64,000 nucleotides of DNA from Curvularia clavata (lineage: Eukaryota), in assembly GCA_023920165.1 (NCBI GenBank), contig CP089277.1:1116001-1180000 (forward strand), read 5' to 3'. How positions within the stretch are numbered: the stretch's first letter is position 1; every line of letters begins with the position of its first letter. The position numbers and the translations under genes were made by a program. This document shows positions 49,695 through 61,703 of the stretch, one piece after another. The notes under the pieces are model-generated. The model worked only from the letters and a program-made list of their open reading frames with translations. It was not told the DNA's origin and did not search any database.

Positions 49695-51983
49695 ATGAAC
49701 ACCCCTCATACAGAACACGAAAATTCGCCTCCAACGCCAGGCCTAATAGGCATCTCGAGGCCACCAGCATATGCTTCGATCCCTACCAGAACCAGTGATG
49801 AGTTCATCCACGACACAAGCTACAGCCGCTCCAGACTGGGAGAAGATGTCGCCTACGACTTGGGAATCCAGATGCACCCAATGGGACCACACAAGGCTCC
49901 AAACGTTACATATTCGCCTCGGGAGGCCGACAGGAAGAGGCCCGAGACGTTCTCTTCGGCTTACAGTGCGGATCCCATGACCCAAAGACTTATCGCTCAT
50001 CGTGCTACGCAATCAGCACAATGGCATATACATTGGCGCCCGCCAGCGCTCATGATCTTCGCGTTCCTGATGGGAGCTGTGTTTGCCGTTTTCCAACATC
50101 TCCTCTACTCTTTCCTACATCACAGAGAAGAATCCGATGAGAACAAGAAGTTCAGATGGGTCCTCTACGGCCGCGCGCTGGCCTATCTTTCCAAGGTTGC
50201 CTTTGGAGGCTGCGTCGTTCTGGTCTTCCGCCAGCGATTATGGAGAACGTTTCGAGAGCGGGCATTGACGGTGCTCTCCATCGATCAGCTCTTCGGTGCC
50301 ACCGAGGATCTTTCTCTTTTTGGAAACTGGGACGTTATTACCAACGCTCCTCTCCTCGTCGCTGTTGCTTTGATCATCTGGTTGATACCCTTGGCTACGA
50401 TCATCTTCTCACCCGGCGCACTCACTTTTGGCACCTATCTTGACCATGAGACTCTCGAGATTCCAGTTCCAACACTCAATTTCACAATGGAGTCTACTAA
50501 AAACTGGCGTTATCCTATTAAAATGCCTGATGGAAGCAACAAGAAATCCGTAATGTTTTACAACACCACCGATCTTGCAGGAACAGCACAAGGATGGTTT
50601 GATTATTATGATCAGCCATCGGCGGAATTGGTAAGAGTGGCGCTTTTGCTTGCATACAGCAACGCCGATCGCCCAAACGTGCGGCAGGATGCCCGGCAAA
50701 ACGCTTGTGGAGGGCAGTATAACTGCACCTATGAGCAAACCTTCACTGCGCCAGGCTATCAATGTGAGGAGATCACTGATACAAGCAAACTCGCCGAGTT
50801 AGGTGCTCCTTTTAACCTGACTGAGATGGCTCCCGTGGGTCGCGCCTCCTATCATGCCGAGGTTGATATTGGAGCCTACAAGCGACCACAATCCGATGAG
50901 TTCCGCAAAGGACCAGGCGGGATACCTATCGGTGAGATACCAGAAAGTCTGGGTGTTTTTAAATCGGAGCCTGTGTTGTGGATCGGTTACACTGTCAATT
51001 CCACGGAGAGATTGTCGCCAGATGACCCTCTTGCAGTACGTTGGACCCACCGCTTTGATCCTCATATTATCAGATGCGTACATATGGAGACAAAATACAC
51101 GATCGAATGGAAGTTCGTCGAGCCATCCTTCAACGTAACGACGAAGCGAGAGTATCTTCGTCCAATTGTGGACACAAACTTCACCCTTGGCGTCGATGGT
51201 CTAACAAATTACACGGGAGACCCGGAGCCAACCGAGAATTATGTCAGCCCACGTGGCGACGTGGGACTTTACAAGAAGACTGCAGCGTACCACGCCTTGG
51301 GAGACATGTTTCGAGGCTTTCTTCGAGGACATGTGGATGTTGAACCTCCATTACCAGGACCATACTACTCCCAAGTATATTCCGACATCACCAAGACACG
51401 GCTGATGTTCAAGAATGCAGAGCCGAAGAAGAATCTGGGAGCCGAGATTGAATCTTTCTACTCAGACATGGTACTCTCGCTATTCTCCGCACCAGAAATG
51501 CTTGCCGTCGGCCAAGAAAGACTTACCGTTGAGCGGTCACGGCTGCAGTCCTCTTTCGTCTATGTTCCAGAACGTTTATGGCAGTGCTATGCACCAGTCT
51601 TCTTCATCACACTAATAATACTCATCTTTGGGCTCATTACCATTTGGCAAGATGGAACAACTTTTTCGACTGGATTCTCCCGCATTCTCGTCACGACACG
51701 GAATACGACTCTAGACAACATTAGCCGCGGCGCATGTCTTGGGAATGACCCCTTTCCAATGGAACTGATGAATACCAGACTCAAATTTGGAGTCCTTGCG
51801 AACGGCAGCGAGCCTGATAATTCACGAACGGAGTACACAAGCGGAACCGGATTCCAGAATGTTGGCCACTGCGCTTTCGGTGTCACGTCTGAGATTGGGC
51901 CTATCACCAAAGGCGCGCCGTATGCTGGCCTTGATCGCCGGAATAAGAACGAGACTGGATATTCACGTATGGGAGCCGAGTGA
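49695..51983 (+). CDS. Uncharacterised fungal membrane protein with a large luminal domain
   Basis: Intronless 762-aa ORF with about three N-terminal TM segments, a Cys/N-glycosylation-site-rich middle region and a C-terminal TM followed by FSRILVTTRN. Confidence 0.75.
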   Translation: MNTPHTEHENSPPTPGLIGISRPPAYASIPTRTSDEFIHDTSYSRSRLGEDVAYDLGIQMHPMGPHKAPNVTYSPREADRKRPETFSSAYSADPMTQRLIAHRATQSAQWHIHWRPPALMIFAFLMGAVFAVFQHLLYSFLHHREESDENKKFRWVLYGRALAYLSKVAFGGCVVLVFRQRLWRTFRERALTVLSIDQLFGATEDLSLFGNWDVITNAPLLVAVALIIWLIPLATIIFSPGALTFGTYLDHETLEIPVPTLNFTMESTKNWRYPIKMPDGSNKKSVMFYNTTDLAGTAQGWFDYYDQPSAELVRVALLLAYSNADRPNVRQDARQNACGGQYNCTYEQTFTAPGYQCEEITDTSKLAELGAPFNLTEMAPVGRASYHAEVDIGAYKRPQSDEFRKGPGGIPIGEIPESLGVFKSEPVLWIGYTVNSTERLSPDDPLAVRWTHRFDPHIIRCVHMETKYTIEWKFVEPSFNVTTKREYLRPIVDTNFTLGVDGLTNYTGDPEPTENYVSPRGDVGLYKKTAAYHALGDMFRGFLRGHVDVEPPLPGPYYSQVYSDITKTRLMFKNAEPKKNLGAEIESFYSDMVLSLFSAPEMLAVGQERLTVERSRLQSSFVYVPERLWQCYAPVFFITLIILIFGLITIWQDGTTFSTGFSRILVTTRNTTLDNISRGACLGNDPFPMELMNTRLKFGVLANGSEPDNSRTEYTSGTGFQNVGHCAFGVTSEIGPITKGAPYAGLDRRNKNETGYSRMGAE

Positions 51984-52081
51984 TGGAAATGCATAATAGG
52001 AAATGTGTAATTCGGGGATATAATCCAACCAAGATACTATCCATCTCCACATAAACAATAGCACCTCTCTTCGCCTCTCCT

Positions 52082-53050
52082 CTAACAAATACCAATCACG
52101 CCGTTAACCGGAATATCAATACTCGTCGTGTAGCTCGCCGCGTCACTCAGCAAATACACATATGCGCCCCCGAGTTCTTCAACCGCCGCTAGCCGCGGCA
52201 TACCACCATAGTACTTGAGTTGCTGTTCCCAATCTGGCTGCTGCTCAACCCAGTACGTCATTGCCGTCTTGACAAGCCCCGGCGAGACAGAGTTGACGCG
52301 GATATTGTACTGCGCCCATTCCATAGCGAGCGTATGCGTCATATTTCTGATTCCCGCTTTAGACGCACCGTATGGCGCTGAGGGAACGCGCTGTATACGA
52401 AACACATTAGCCCGTCAATCTCACACAGGAGTCAAGAAGTAGAGACGGAGGGGGGGGGAGGAGTAGAACTTCAAACTCACCTTATTCGGTCTATACGACG
52501 CCATCGACGCCGTAAAAACAATACTTCCTTTAACCCCTTGCTTGATAAACGCCCTCGCTGCACACCTCGCACTATAAAAACTTCCGTACAGATTAACTCC
52601 CCACAACTGGTCAATCTCCTCGGTCGTAAAGTCCAGCGCTGGCTTGTGCTTTGTGCGCCCCGCGTTGCATACCATGCCGTGCAGGGCACCTGCTTCGCTC
52701 AGTACCTTGTCGATGGCGGACTGGATCGATTCTTCTTTTGTGACGTCGGCTTGTAGCGCGAAGAATTGGTTCGGGTATTGGGAGGCGAGAGTGGTGAATT
52801 CTTCTCCTGGGGACCCGATGTCGATGGAGTAGACTTTGGAGGCGCCATTGGAGAGGCAGCAGTCGGCTATGCCGAGGCCAATGCCTGGTGATGTGGGTTA
52901 GTGGTGAGGGAGTAGGGAGAGTTAAGGTATAAGGTATGATATTAGGATGGGGGGAGGGGTTTTACCTCTGTTTGCACCTGTAATGGCAATGACTTTGCCT
53001 TCAAGCTGTACTTTCTTGACAGGCTCTGATGACGATGAACTTGATGCCAT
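52082..53050 (-). CDS. Short-chain dehydrogenase (sugar/polyol reductase-like)
   Basis: ITGANRGIG, NAG, TASMAS, YGASK and IRVNSVSPG. Two introns. Confidence 0.9.
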
Positions 53051-53693
53051 GTTTGTCTGTAGAAACCTCTTTTTCTTGTCTCCTAAACCTCTTTTAAACT
53101 ATCTTTTGGTATTGAAATAGTAATCCTAAATATCGACGAGTAAGATGAAAAGTATCGAAGTAAATCAACTCGCCATCATCGCCTCATATTTATACATTTC
53201 TTCCCAACTCTCCTTCTCTCTCTCCACACCACCCCGCGTTACTGTACAGTGGTACCTGTATACTTGTAACCCCACAATTCAGATCGTGACGAGCGCCCGG
53301 CATGCACGCGGGCTTCGTACGTTTGGGTGTTCGTCTCGAGGCACATGCTGCATTAGGCTTAGCGTTGTCAGTCCAACTCTTTTTTAGCTGGGCAAGATGG
53401 CGGCTGACGGCATTGCGATCTGGGATAAAAGGCCAAGAATCAGGAAGATAGCGCGTAGTCGTTGCTACCTGAATCGGTGATGATCATCGCTTGCTACATG
53501 AATACAGCTATGTTTGCCTAGTATGGCTGTTGTGCGATGTATTCTACTACGCTTCTAAACCCCTCTTCTTCATCGGCAAACCTAACTCTTTTATTTCCCT
53601 CGCAACGAGCATAACCACCGAAAAAGACAAGATACAAGTTGATAATTCGTATTTACATTGCGATTTTATTTTCCCCCTCTATAGTCAAGATGT

Positions 53694-54779
53694 CTAATTG
53701 AACACGACTGTCTTCTGGCCGTTCAAAAACACCCTCTTCTCACTCCACCACTTGACCGCCGCAGCAAGCACCTGGCTCTCGACGTTGCTGCCCTCCTCGA
53801 CCAGCTCCTTGGGACTCAGAGCATGGTCGACCCTAGCGACACGCTGCTCAATAATAGGGCCCTCATCCAAGTCTGCCGTGACGAAATGCGCCGTGGCACC
53901 AATAATCTTAACGCCGCGCTCGTACGCCTGGTGATATGGCTTTGCGCCCTTGAACGACGGCAAAAACGAGTGATGAATATTGATAATTTTGCCGGACATT
54001 TCTGTGCACAGACGTGGCGACAGGACTTGCATGTAGCGCGCCAGCACAACCAGATCGATATCGTGTTTCTTGATGAGCTCAAGAATCTGCGACTCCTGCT
54101 GTTCCTTGGTGTCCTTGGTCACAGGTAGGTGGTGGAACTCGATGCCGTTGTTCTGCGCCAGCTCGGCGAATTCATTGTGGTTCGACACAATGAGCGGCAC
54201 GTCGATTTTCAGCTGACCAGACTTGACGCGGAATAGAAGGTCGTTGAGGCAGTGTCCGATTTTAGACACCATGATGAGCACTTTGGGCTTTGCGTCTACT
54301 CGTCGGATCTGGTACGTCATGCTCATGTCCGAGGCCAGCTGCGCCATGCTGGCTTGCAGCGCAGATACATCAGATGCATGGCCAAAGTGCACGCGCATGA
54401 AGAAGGTCTTAGAGGCCGGGTCGGAAAACTGCTGCAGGTCCAGAATCGTCAGGTTTTCTTTTGCCAGGAGGCCTGTGACGGCGTAGACAATGCCCGCCTT
54501 GTCTGGGCATGAGAGCGTGAGGTAGTGGTCGTCACCGGGCATTTTGGATGTTGAGATCCTTTCTGCAGAGCCGAGTTGTTGAAGGCGTGGCACGCTGCTT
54601 GTAACAATTGAGCGTCTGTTGTTGCCAAAGTGCGATGACTGTTTGGTCGAAATTTTAGGAAATGGATTTTGCCGAGTTCGGAAGGCTTCGTTTGGTGCGC
54701 TGGTGGATTGTCGGACCGCACCCGCGCGGGTCAATGTGTGGAGTGACCGTGGGTAGGTGCGCACTGAACGTAGAAACAT
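53694..54779 (-). CDS. purU: Formyltetrahydrofolate deformylase with N-terminal presequence
   Basis: ACT-like LSCPDKAGIV, SKIGHCLNDLL, LARYMQVLS, INIHHSFLPSFKGAKPYHQA and DLDEGPIIEQ. Confidence 0.95.
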   Translation of the reverse strand: MFLRSVRTYPRSLHTLTRAGAVRQSTSAPNEAFRTRQNPFPKISTKQSSHFGNNRRSIVTSSVPRLQQLGSAERISTSKMPGDDHYLTLSCPDKAGIVYAVTGLLAKENLTILDLQQFSDPASKTFFMRVHFGHASDVSALQASMAQLASDMSMTYQIRRVDAKPKVLIMVSKIGHCLNDLLFRVKSGQLKIDVPLIVSNHNEFAELAQNNGIEFHHLPVTKDTKEQQESQILELIKKHDIDLVVLARYMQVLSPRLCTEMSGKIINIHHSFLPSFKGAKPYHQAYERGVKIIGATAHFVTADLDEGPIIEQRVARVDHALSPKELVEEGSNVESQVLAAAVKWWSEKRVFLNGQKTVVFN

Positions 54780-55171
54780 GTTCGCTTCGATTCCGGGCCT
54801 CTTGTTCCAAAAAGATTGAGCGCGGTATTATGGCGAGTTTTTGGTGCCCGCGCAAAGTAACCTTGCGGTCTGCGTGGCCGAACTCGGCCGCGGCCAATTA
54901 CATCTAGCGCTGTCATAAACGAGGGACCTTATTGAGCCTGTTGACACTTGTTAAGACTATGATTTTTATGAAGATGTTTTTGTGAGTTGTATAGTTTAAG
55001 GCTTGGAGAATCTCACGTGTGATGGGTAACGATCTGCCGCAAGATAAGTACAATAGAAAACATGTTGCATGCCTGCTATGACTATATTTACTCCACCAAG
55101 TTGCTACGATACGCAAGGTCCAAGTCTGGCTATATACAATTTCGTGGACAGAAACCCAGGAATACATACAT

Positions 55172-57109
55172 TTATCTGTGTGTTTCCTCAACGTAGTCCA
55201 GTGCTGCTGTAGGTACTTCGAACTTCTTGCTACCCCTCACGAACCAATCAATCATTGCGATCAAGAGGAAGCCCAGGAGGATCGGAGGCGCATAGTTCAT
55301 AGTCAAGTTCGTTACCGGTCTGGACGCAGGGAACGACACAAAGACGATGATGTAGATCAAGTAGACCATAGCACACAGCTTGATCGGGATACTCCATCTT
55401 CCAAATTGAAAGGGGCCATATTTCGGGTGTCTGCCAGCAATTTGACGTAGCGTGAGGAGTGCGATCGGGACAAGATATGATACATATAGTGCGATGGTTG
55501 GCAGGGAGATGAGGGAGTTGAAAGCAGTTGCTGAGCCAAGGTTGATCAGCGATAAGAGACAGCAAATGATGCCGACAAGGAAGAGAGCGGGAATTGGCAC
55601 TTGTAGTGTCGGATGAATCTGCGTATTTTGTCAGCTGGGTCGATACTGCCATATCCGACTCTTTTCGATCAACCTACATAGACGAAATGCTCGTGAAACG
55701 GAAGACCCTTGTCGGATGCGAAGCGCCAGACCAAACGCGCCACAGAGGCGACGATATTGAAGTTGCCAATCATGAGCTGGAACCCCATCAACACTGTCAT
55801 TATTGTCGATGCTGTCCTCGAACCCGTCCTGAAATTTTGAGTTAGCACGAAGTAGGTGTATTCGAGAGATGCAGCACCCACGCCGAGTAAAACACTTCCG
55901 TGATGGGCAGTATTGAGTGTGCCACGGCCTCTTCATCTCCAATGCAGAACATCAGACAAATGCAGAAACTGATCATCATGATCGCGTTCAGAAAAGTCGC
56001 CAAAACCATGGCCTTGGGAACTCGCTTGCGAGGCTCTTTCGTCTCCTCAACTGGGCGTGATATCAGCATCGCCATCAACGCTTCGACCCGATACGTAGCT
56101 TACTCATGTGAAGAACACCATCAAAACTACTGATGGGATATGCTGTAGCAAGCATTCCAAGGGAAAACGCTATCCCGGGGTTAGTCCATCCAGCATCGGT
56201 ATGCAAGGTCTTGAAGACGTATTCAGGCGTGCTGCGCCTAGAGAGCGTGCATAGTGTTGCTATGACAGCCACAAACAATACCACATGAAAAACACCGCCT
56301 ATTGTCTCCAAGACATTGATAATTTTCCGCAGATAGAGGTTGAGAATGAGGGGAACGATGAGGAAGGCTATCAGGAATACGGTGGAGTGCCAGGCTTGTG
56401 GCTCGTAGGTAGGGCTGTTGAAGATGATCAAACCGGATAAAGTGTTGGACATGAAGGAGAAGGCGCCAGCGCAACTGCATATCCAAGCGACAACGGTGAT
56501 CCATCCTGGGCTCTTTGTCAGTTCGATGGAATCAGATAGAGCTCGGCCGTCACAGTCGTACCTTGTATAAACCCCCAAAATTTAGGGGCGGCTGGGGCAA
56601 AGCGTGCTGACCATCGATACTGTGCACCAACAGTAGGGTCCCTGTTTTACTTTCAGTCACAAGAAGGCAAAGAAATCGGGAACAACACCTACATTGATGC
56701 CATCTCACCCAGTGCCAGGGCGACAAGAGTTGAGCCAAAACCAGTGAGCATGGATCCATAGACGAGAGCAGCAGGCCCTCCATTGGCCCACGCAACCTGG
56801 AATGAGAGACCGACAGCTTCCCATGCAACTTGTAGCGTAAAGCCAAAGTTGTTAATGGCAAGTTGGTTGATGTAGCGCTGAACAATAGATGAGTATGGTG
56901 ACGTCTGAAGGAAGAAGATAGCAGTGTACCTGGAAGACGCGTTTCTCAGAGTGGACTGATGAATCCTTTTCAGATTCATTAGCAACGGGCTTCTCTCGTA
57001 GCCCATCATGGTAGTCTGGGACGTTCATTGTGACAAGCGCTTGGTCCTTGTCCATTTCTGGGTCAGATTGTGGTCGAGACGCAGGGCCGTTGGAATTGTG
57101 GGAAACCAT
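55172..57109 (-). CDS. Amino acid/choline/GABA permease (APC superfamily)
   Basis: NGGPAALVYG, LALGEMAS..PTVGAQY, FDGVLHM.EETKEP and MNYA motifs. About six introns. The start ATG is uncertain. Confidence 0.85.
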
Positions 57110-58388
57110 AATACCGCGAAGCATTGTCAGTGATTGAAGAACCCGAAGATACGGAGAGTCCGAAGTGTATTTGGGGGCCAACTTAGACAGAGAAGCGGGC
57201 AGGGACTCCGTCTTAGCTCACTTGAGATAAACGGACATTTTTCCCGCTGCAAGGCTGGGAGCGGACTGTGGGCTTGGAGGAATGAATGCCATCCTGACAG
57301 GACCCCCACGCCACAATCGTGCATCTACGCGAGATGTCTAGAACATTGGCGCGTCTTAAGATTATATTGTCATGTAACTATGAACCATATCCACGGATGC
57401 CTGCAGTAACAAGCTTGTGGCGATAAGGCTTGGATCGTTCCATGTCTTGATCTCGTGCATATGCATTGGCCTGTATGTTTAGGTATTTGCATGCCAACTC
57501 GGACAAATTCGACATGGCCGTACATTAGCCGCATCCTTGCGACATCAAGGCTCTTCCGCGGATAGAACCGCCTGCACGCATAGAGACATATTTCAAACGC
57601 AATGGTAAATGTGTGTAGGTGTGCGACGTGTAGTCGTGCATAAATGTATTCCATGTGACATGAGTAGCTCCAGTTTCAGATGTAGGGACTCGCACATCTA
57701 TGGAGCCGATGTACCAGGAAGGAAGACATCCCGCCTAGGGCTAACTTAAAGGAGTCGCTCCTGGGACGGCACGTCCCGCCTTGACCAATCGTATCTCTTA
57801 CCACGCTGTGATTTTGGTATGCCAGCAACATCACCTGATCACCATTTGGCGATCTAGTTGAGTCCCTATGTCGTACAAGTGGCTTAATACTTGTTCAAAC
57901 ACCACACCATTGCCAATCGCCCTAGCGACGCCATTCGGAACCAGTACTGAAATCACATCACAAACATGAGGAAGGGCCGAGAGGGAGCTGAGTATTACCA
58001 GACCAGTGGGATGGGACGCGTCAAGCACTGAGCCGGTTTCTGTTTTTTCCGCAGCATGATCGACACGCCATGTTCTTGTCCAAAGGATAAATTCCCAACA
58101 TTCGAGTTTCCCTCACCTGTGCCACCTTGGCGCCTGGGATCCTTATCATGGATGGAACCCTCGAGGTGTGCTCGGCTCCGAATCACAAGAGAAAGCGCGA
58201 CGGGTCATCTCCGATGGTCACAGACAGCCAACGTACGCGCGGGTAATACCAGTGGCATGGATCTTGATGTTCGGAGTGGGATGTTATGGCTTGTTTGTGG
58301 TTGTGCGGCGTTGTGAGAAAGCAGTTGTTAAGTATGTCTCGAAGCACTGGCTGGCCAAATGCGAAGCCTCAGTTGCATTGTCTTCATC

Positions 58389-59800
58389 ATGGCTGGCAAG
58401 ATTTCGCCCATAGCTGCATTAACAGCGGACGATCTTGGTCCGATTAATACGATCGTTGCAATTGTCCTTCCGGTTACCAGTGCTCTCATAGCGACAGTTC
58501 GTATGACAACACGCAAGCGCATGCTCATAAAGTTTGAAGCAGACGATGCCATGTTTGGATTTGCGCTTGTGAGTCTCGATCCACTCTCCTATCTATCTAA
58601 TACTCTGACATTGCCCCTAGTTCTTTGGCATGATCACTTCCATATTATCTCACATTTGCGTAAGGGCAGGCCTCGGAAGACATCAGATGACACTTAGCAA
58701 GGAGAAGCTAGGAATTTATTTCAAAGTATGCCATTTTCATTTCCTACATACATCCATGCTGACCACATGACGTTAGTATTTCTGGACAACACAAATTCTC
58801 GGCGTCATTGCTCTGGCTTTCGCTAAACTATCGCTCGTACTATTATTCAAACGCATCGCACCGACACACATCAAGCCCCTTACATTCAGATGGCTTCTGT
58901 TCATGGTCACGGCCTACGTAGTCGCATGCCTGTTTATGATCGCTTTCCAATGCCAAATGCCACAACCTTGGATACTCCGGCCGGACATATGCTCTACACA
59001 TGGGGCTGTGTACTACGCAACTACGGTCTTGGACATAGTTACTGATGCTGCCCTTGCACTATGGGTATTTCCCATCATCTGGCTTCTCAACATGAACTCT
59101 CATACAAAATGGGTCGTCTTATCAGTATTTGGGTCGCGCCTGCTTGTTTGTTTGGCAGACGTCGTTCGAATCATAATGATCAGACGAGCTCTGCAATCGG
59201 AGGATCAAACTAGTAAGACTGCACACTGTTGCCACTGTACTGAGTTAGAATTTATGCGAGAAAACTCGCTCGACTAATTGCTCACTAGGATCGCAGCTTC
59301 TGTGGGCTATAATGGATCAGATTGTCGTACATCTCTCGATCAATCACGCCACCCTCCCACGCATTCAGAACTTCCTCTCCCACCTCCAAGTCGGCCCGTT
59401 GATCCCAGAAACCACTGTGGCACAGAGTGCTTCGGACAGAAGCAAAGGAGGAAGCCGTAGTAATAATTCAAAATATGCCAAACTTTCTCAGAACGACGCA
59501 AATAAGAGTGGACCCAATATTGGTAGGCAATTGAGCCACCGCTGGAGTACACTTTACGCAGGCCTCAACAAAGGCCTCGGTAAAGAACCTAGCATCTCTG
59601 AACAACCCCTAAGGAGTGAACGGCACGAGGAGATTGAGCTTTCTACAATGGTATATGTAGGAGAAGACGTTCACAGGGAAGGAAAAGTGCATCGTGGTCA
59701 GTCAGCAGCGATTTCATTATCGAGTGATGGTGCAAACCAGGACACAGCCACGCTTGGCGTAGTAAGAGTGCGGAAGGATATACAGGTAACTTATGAATAG
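58389..59800 (+). CDS. PTH11-like integral membrane (fungal rhodopsin-domain) protein without CFEM
   Basis: EADDAMF, GLGRH, AKLSLVL, FQCQMPQPW, DIVTD and FGSRL pattern, with a hydrophilic C-tail. Three introns. Confidence 0.75.
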
Positions 59801-60260
59801 ATGCAACAGTATGCAACAAAAGTGTGTGGATATCATGTGTTTTTTTTTGTTACAGCATGAGAGAAGAAATTGATTAGCACAGCATTGGAATTACATTGGA
59901 ATAGACGATATCCACACTTGAAAGAAAACAGGCCGATAAAAGTGGTATTTTCCTATGTTTTCTCTGACCACTGAATCCTGGATACGCAGTATGAATATGC
60001 TAGACCATTGCCTCACGCAAAGGTCAGTTGAGGGCAGAAACCCGTACTCATCCCAACTCTTAACCCTATAAGATATGACTGAATGCTCCGATAAAATAGC
60101 TAACATTACACATCGTACGAAAACATCGCGGTCTCCAACATACCCGTAGTCCACTGAAGAAACCCGAGACTCATAAATATAAGCTTCCGTGCCCCAACGC
60201 CATCGCTATGCAGAAAACCTGCCAACTGACAGTACAAACGCCCGCCCTACTATCGTCTTC

Positions 60261-61122
60261 TTATACATTATCCTCATCGTCATCGTCGCTATCTTCTCTC
60301 TCTTCCCAGCCAACCATACGTCTCAAAACACGGTTCTCTTCCCCAAGCTCTTTGCATCGTCCACGTAAGCTTTCTTCGACCTCGCCTTGCGCTCGCAATG
60401 CGTTCCTTGCATTTTCTGCTACGCGACTCAGTCCGGCCTGCCATTCGGCATGTTCAATCCTCAGACCCATGGATGTCGCGCGCTCCTGTTCAAGGAGTGT
60501 CTGGTAGTGCTTGTGGAGTGCGAGGATGGATGATGTCTGAGAATAAGCATATGGACGCAGTTTGTCGAGTAGCAAAGCCAGAGCGGACTCGTAATCTGTG
60601 AGAAGGGCGGAGAGAGATGCATTGGTTGCGGTGAGTGATGCGATGGTTGATTGGGCTGCTGTAAGCTGGCTTTGGAGATGGGCCTGAGTCGCTGCTGTGA
60701 GGAATATCAGTCTTGTGTGTTGACAACTGTTGATTGGCAAACAACATACCATTGATCTCCCCATTTACTTCCCTCATGCTCACGCCGTTTCCTCTCAGAC
60801 CCCCGCCAACCTCTCCACCGTCTTCCAACGCAGCTCTCCCTTGTATCGCAGCGACTCCCTCGACAATACCTCTTGTCTGCGCCTTGTTTTCCTCCAACAG
60901 CTGGCTTAGTTGCTGTACCACGGCCCATAGATGGTTCATGTCCGTCTGCTGACCCCCACTTGGTAGTCCGTTCACCATTGGGATACCGTTTTGGCCGCCG
61001 CCGTTAACTTGCGATCCTGCTATGCTACCAGCTTGCGAGTGTGACGGCGAAGGTGGTGGACGCGATTGGTTGTGTTGCTGTTGCTGTTGCTGGGAAGACT
61101 CAAGGAAAGAATAGTTGTTCAT
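60261..61122 (-). CDS. Conserved coiled-coil protein, possibly a SIKE/SCI1-like STRIPAK component
   Basis: Intron ~60697..60749 joins two ORFs. TDMNHLWAVVQQLSQLLEEN and LHKHYQTLLEQER segments. The family call is from memory of motifs. Confidence 0.6.
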
Positions 61123-61703
61123 GACGAAGTCAAACGTGCGCGTGAAGGGCGGTCAGACCGGTGCAGTTATCGGTTGAGTTGGCGTGCGGCGTCGGCCGAC
61201 GGCGTCGGAGGGCTTGCGTATATCCACCTGTCTGATTGGACTAAGGATAGCGCCTGGAGACGAGCGCGTAGACACGTCTGGTGACTGAAGCAACACTAGA
61301 AGCAAAAGCTTGATATGTATGCGGGGTGTTTTGCGGGGTCAAAGCGAGCATTCACGCTGCGGCGTCGCGTTGAGGGAGACAGGGTCTACGTGAGTCTTGC
61401 ACCAATATGCGCTAGTGGCTTGGCGGGGTACATGTGCACCCTTATGGGTATGTATGGCTTGCACCTAGTATAAAAGTAATTATATCGAAGAGGACAGTGC
61501 TAAAGTGAGTAGAAGGTTCAATGAAACGACAAAGGGGAGCAAGCAACCCAAGGCAGAACATGCACTATTCACCAGCATTGCGGCCGCAAATCATTCAAAT
61601 ACAATCTTCCTCTACCTAGATTCATCCAAACTTCGCTGCGTATTATCCAATTATAGCAATAGCTAATGCAAGCCTGGTCTAAAAGGTGTCGTTGCAAAGA
61701 CGC

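Noticed and set aside
49695..54779. Functional link between the 762-aa membrane protein and purU
   Set aside because: The membrane protein shows no enzyme motif, and proximity alone is not evidence.
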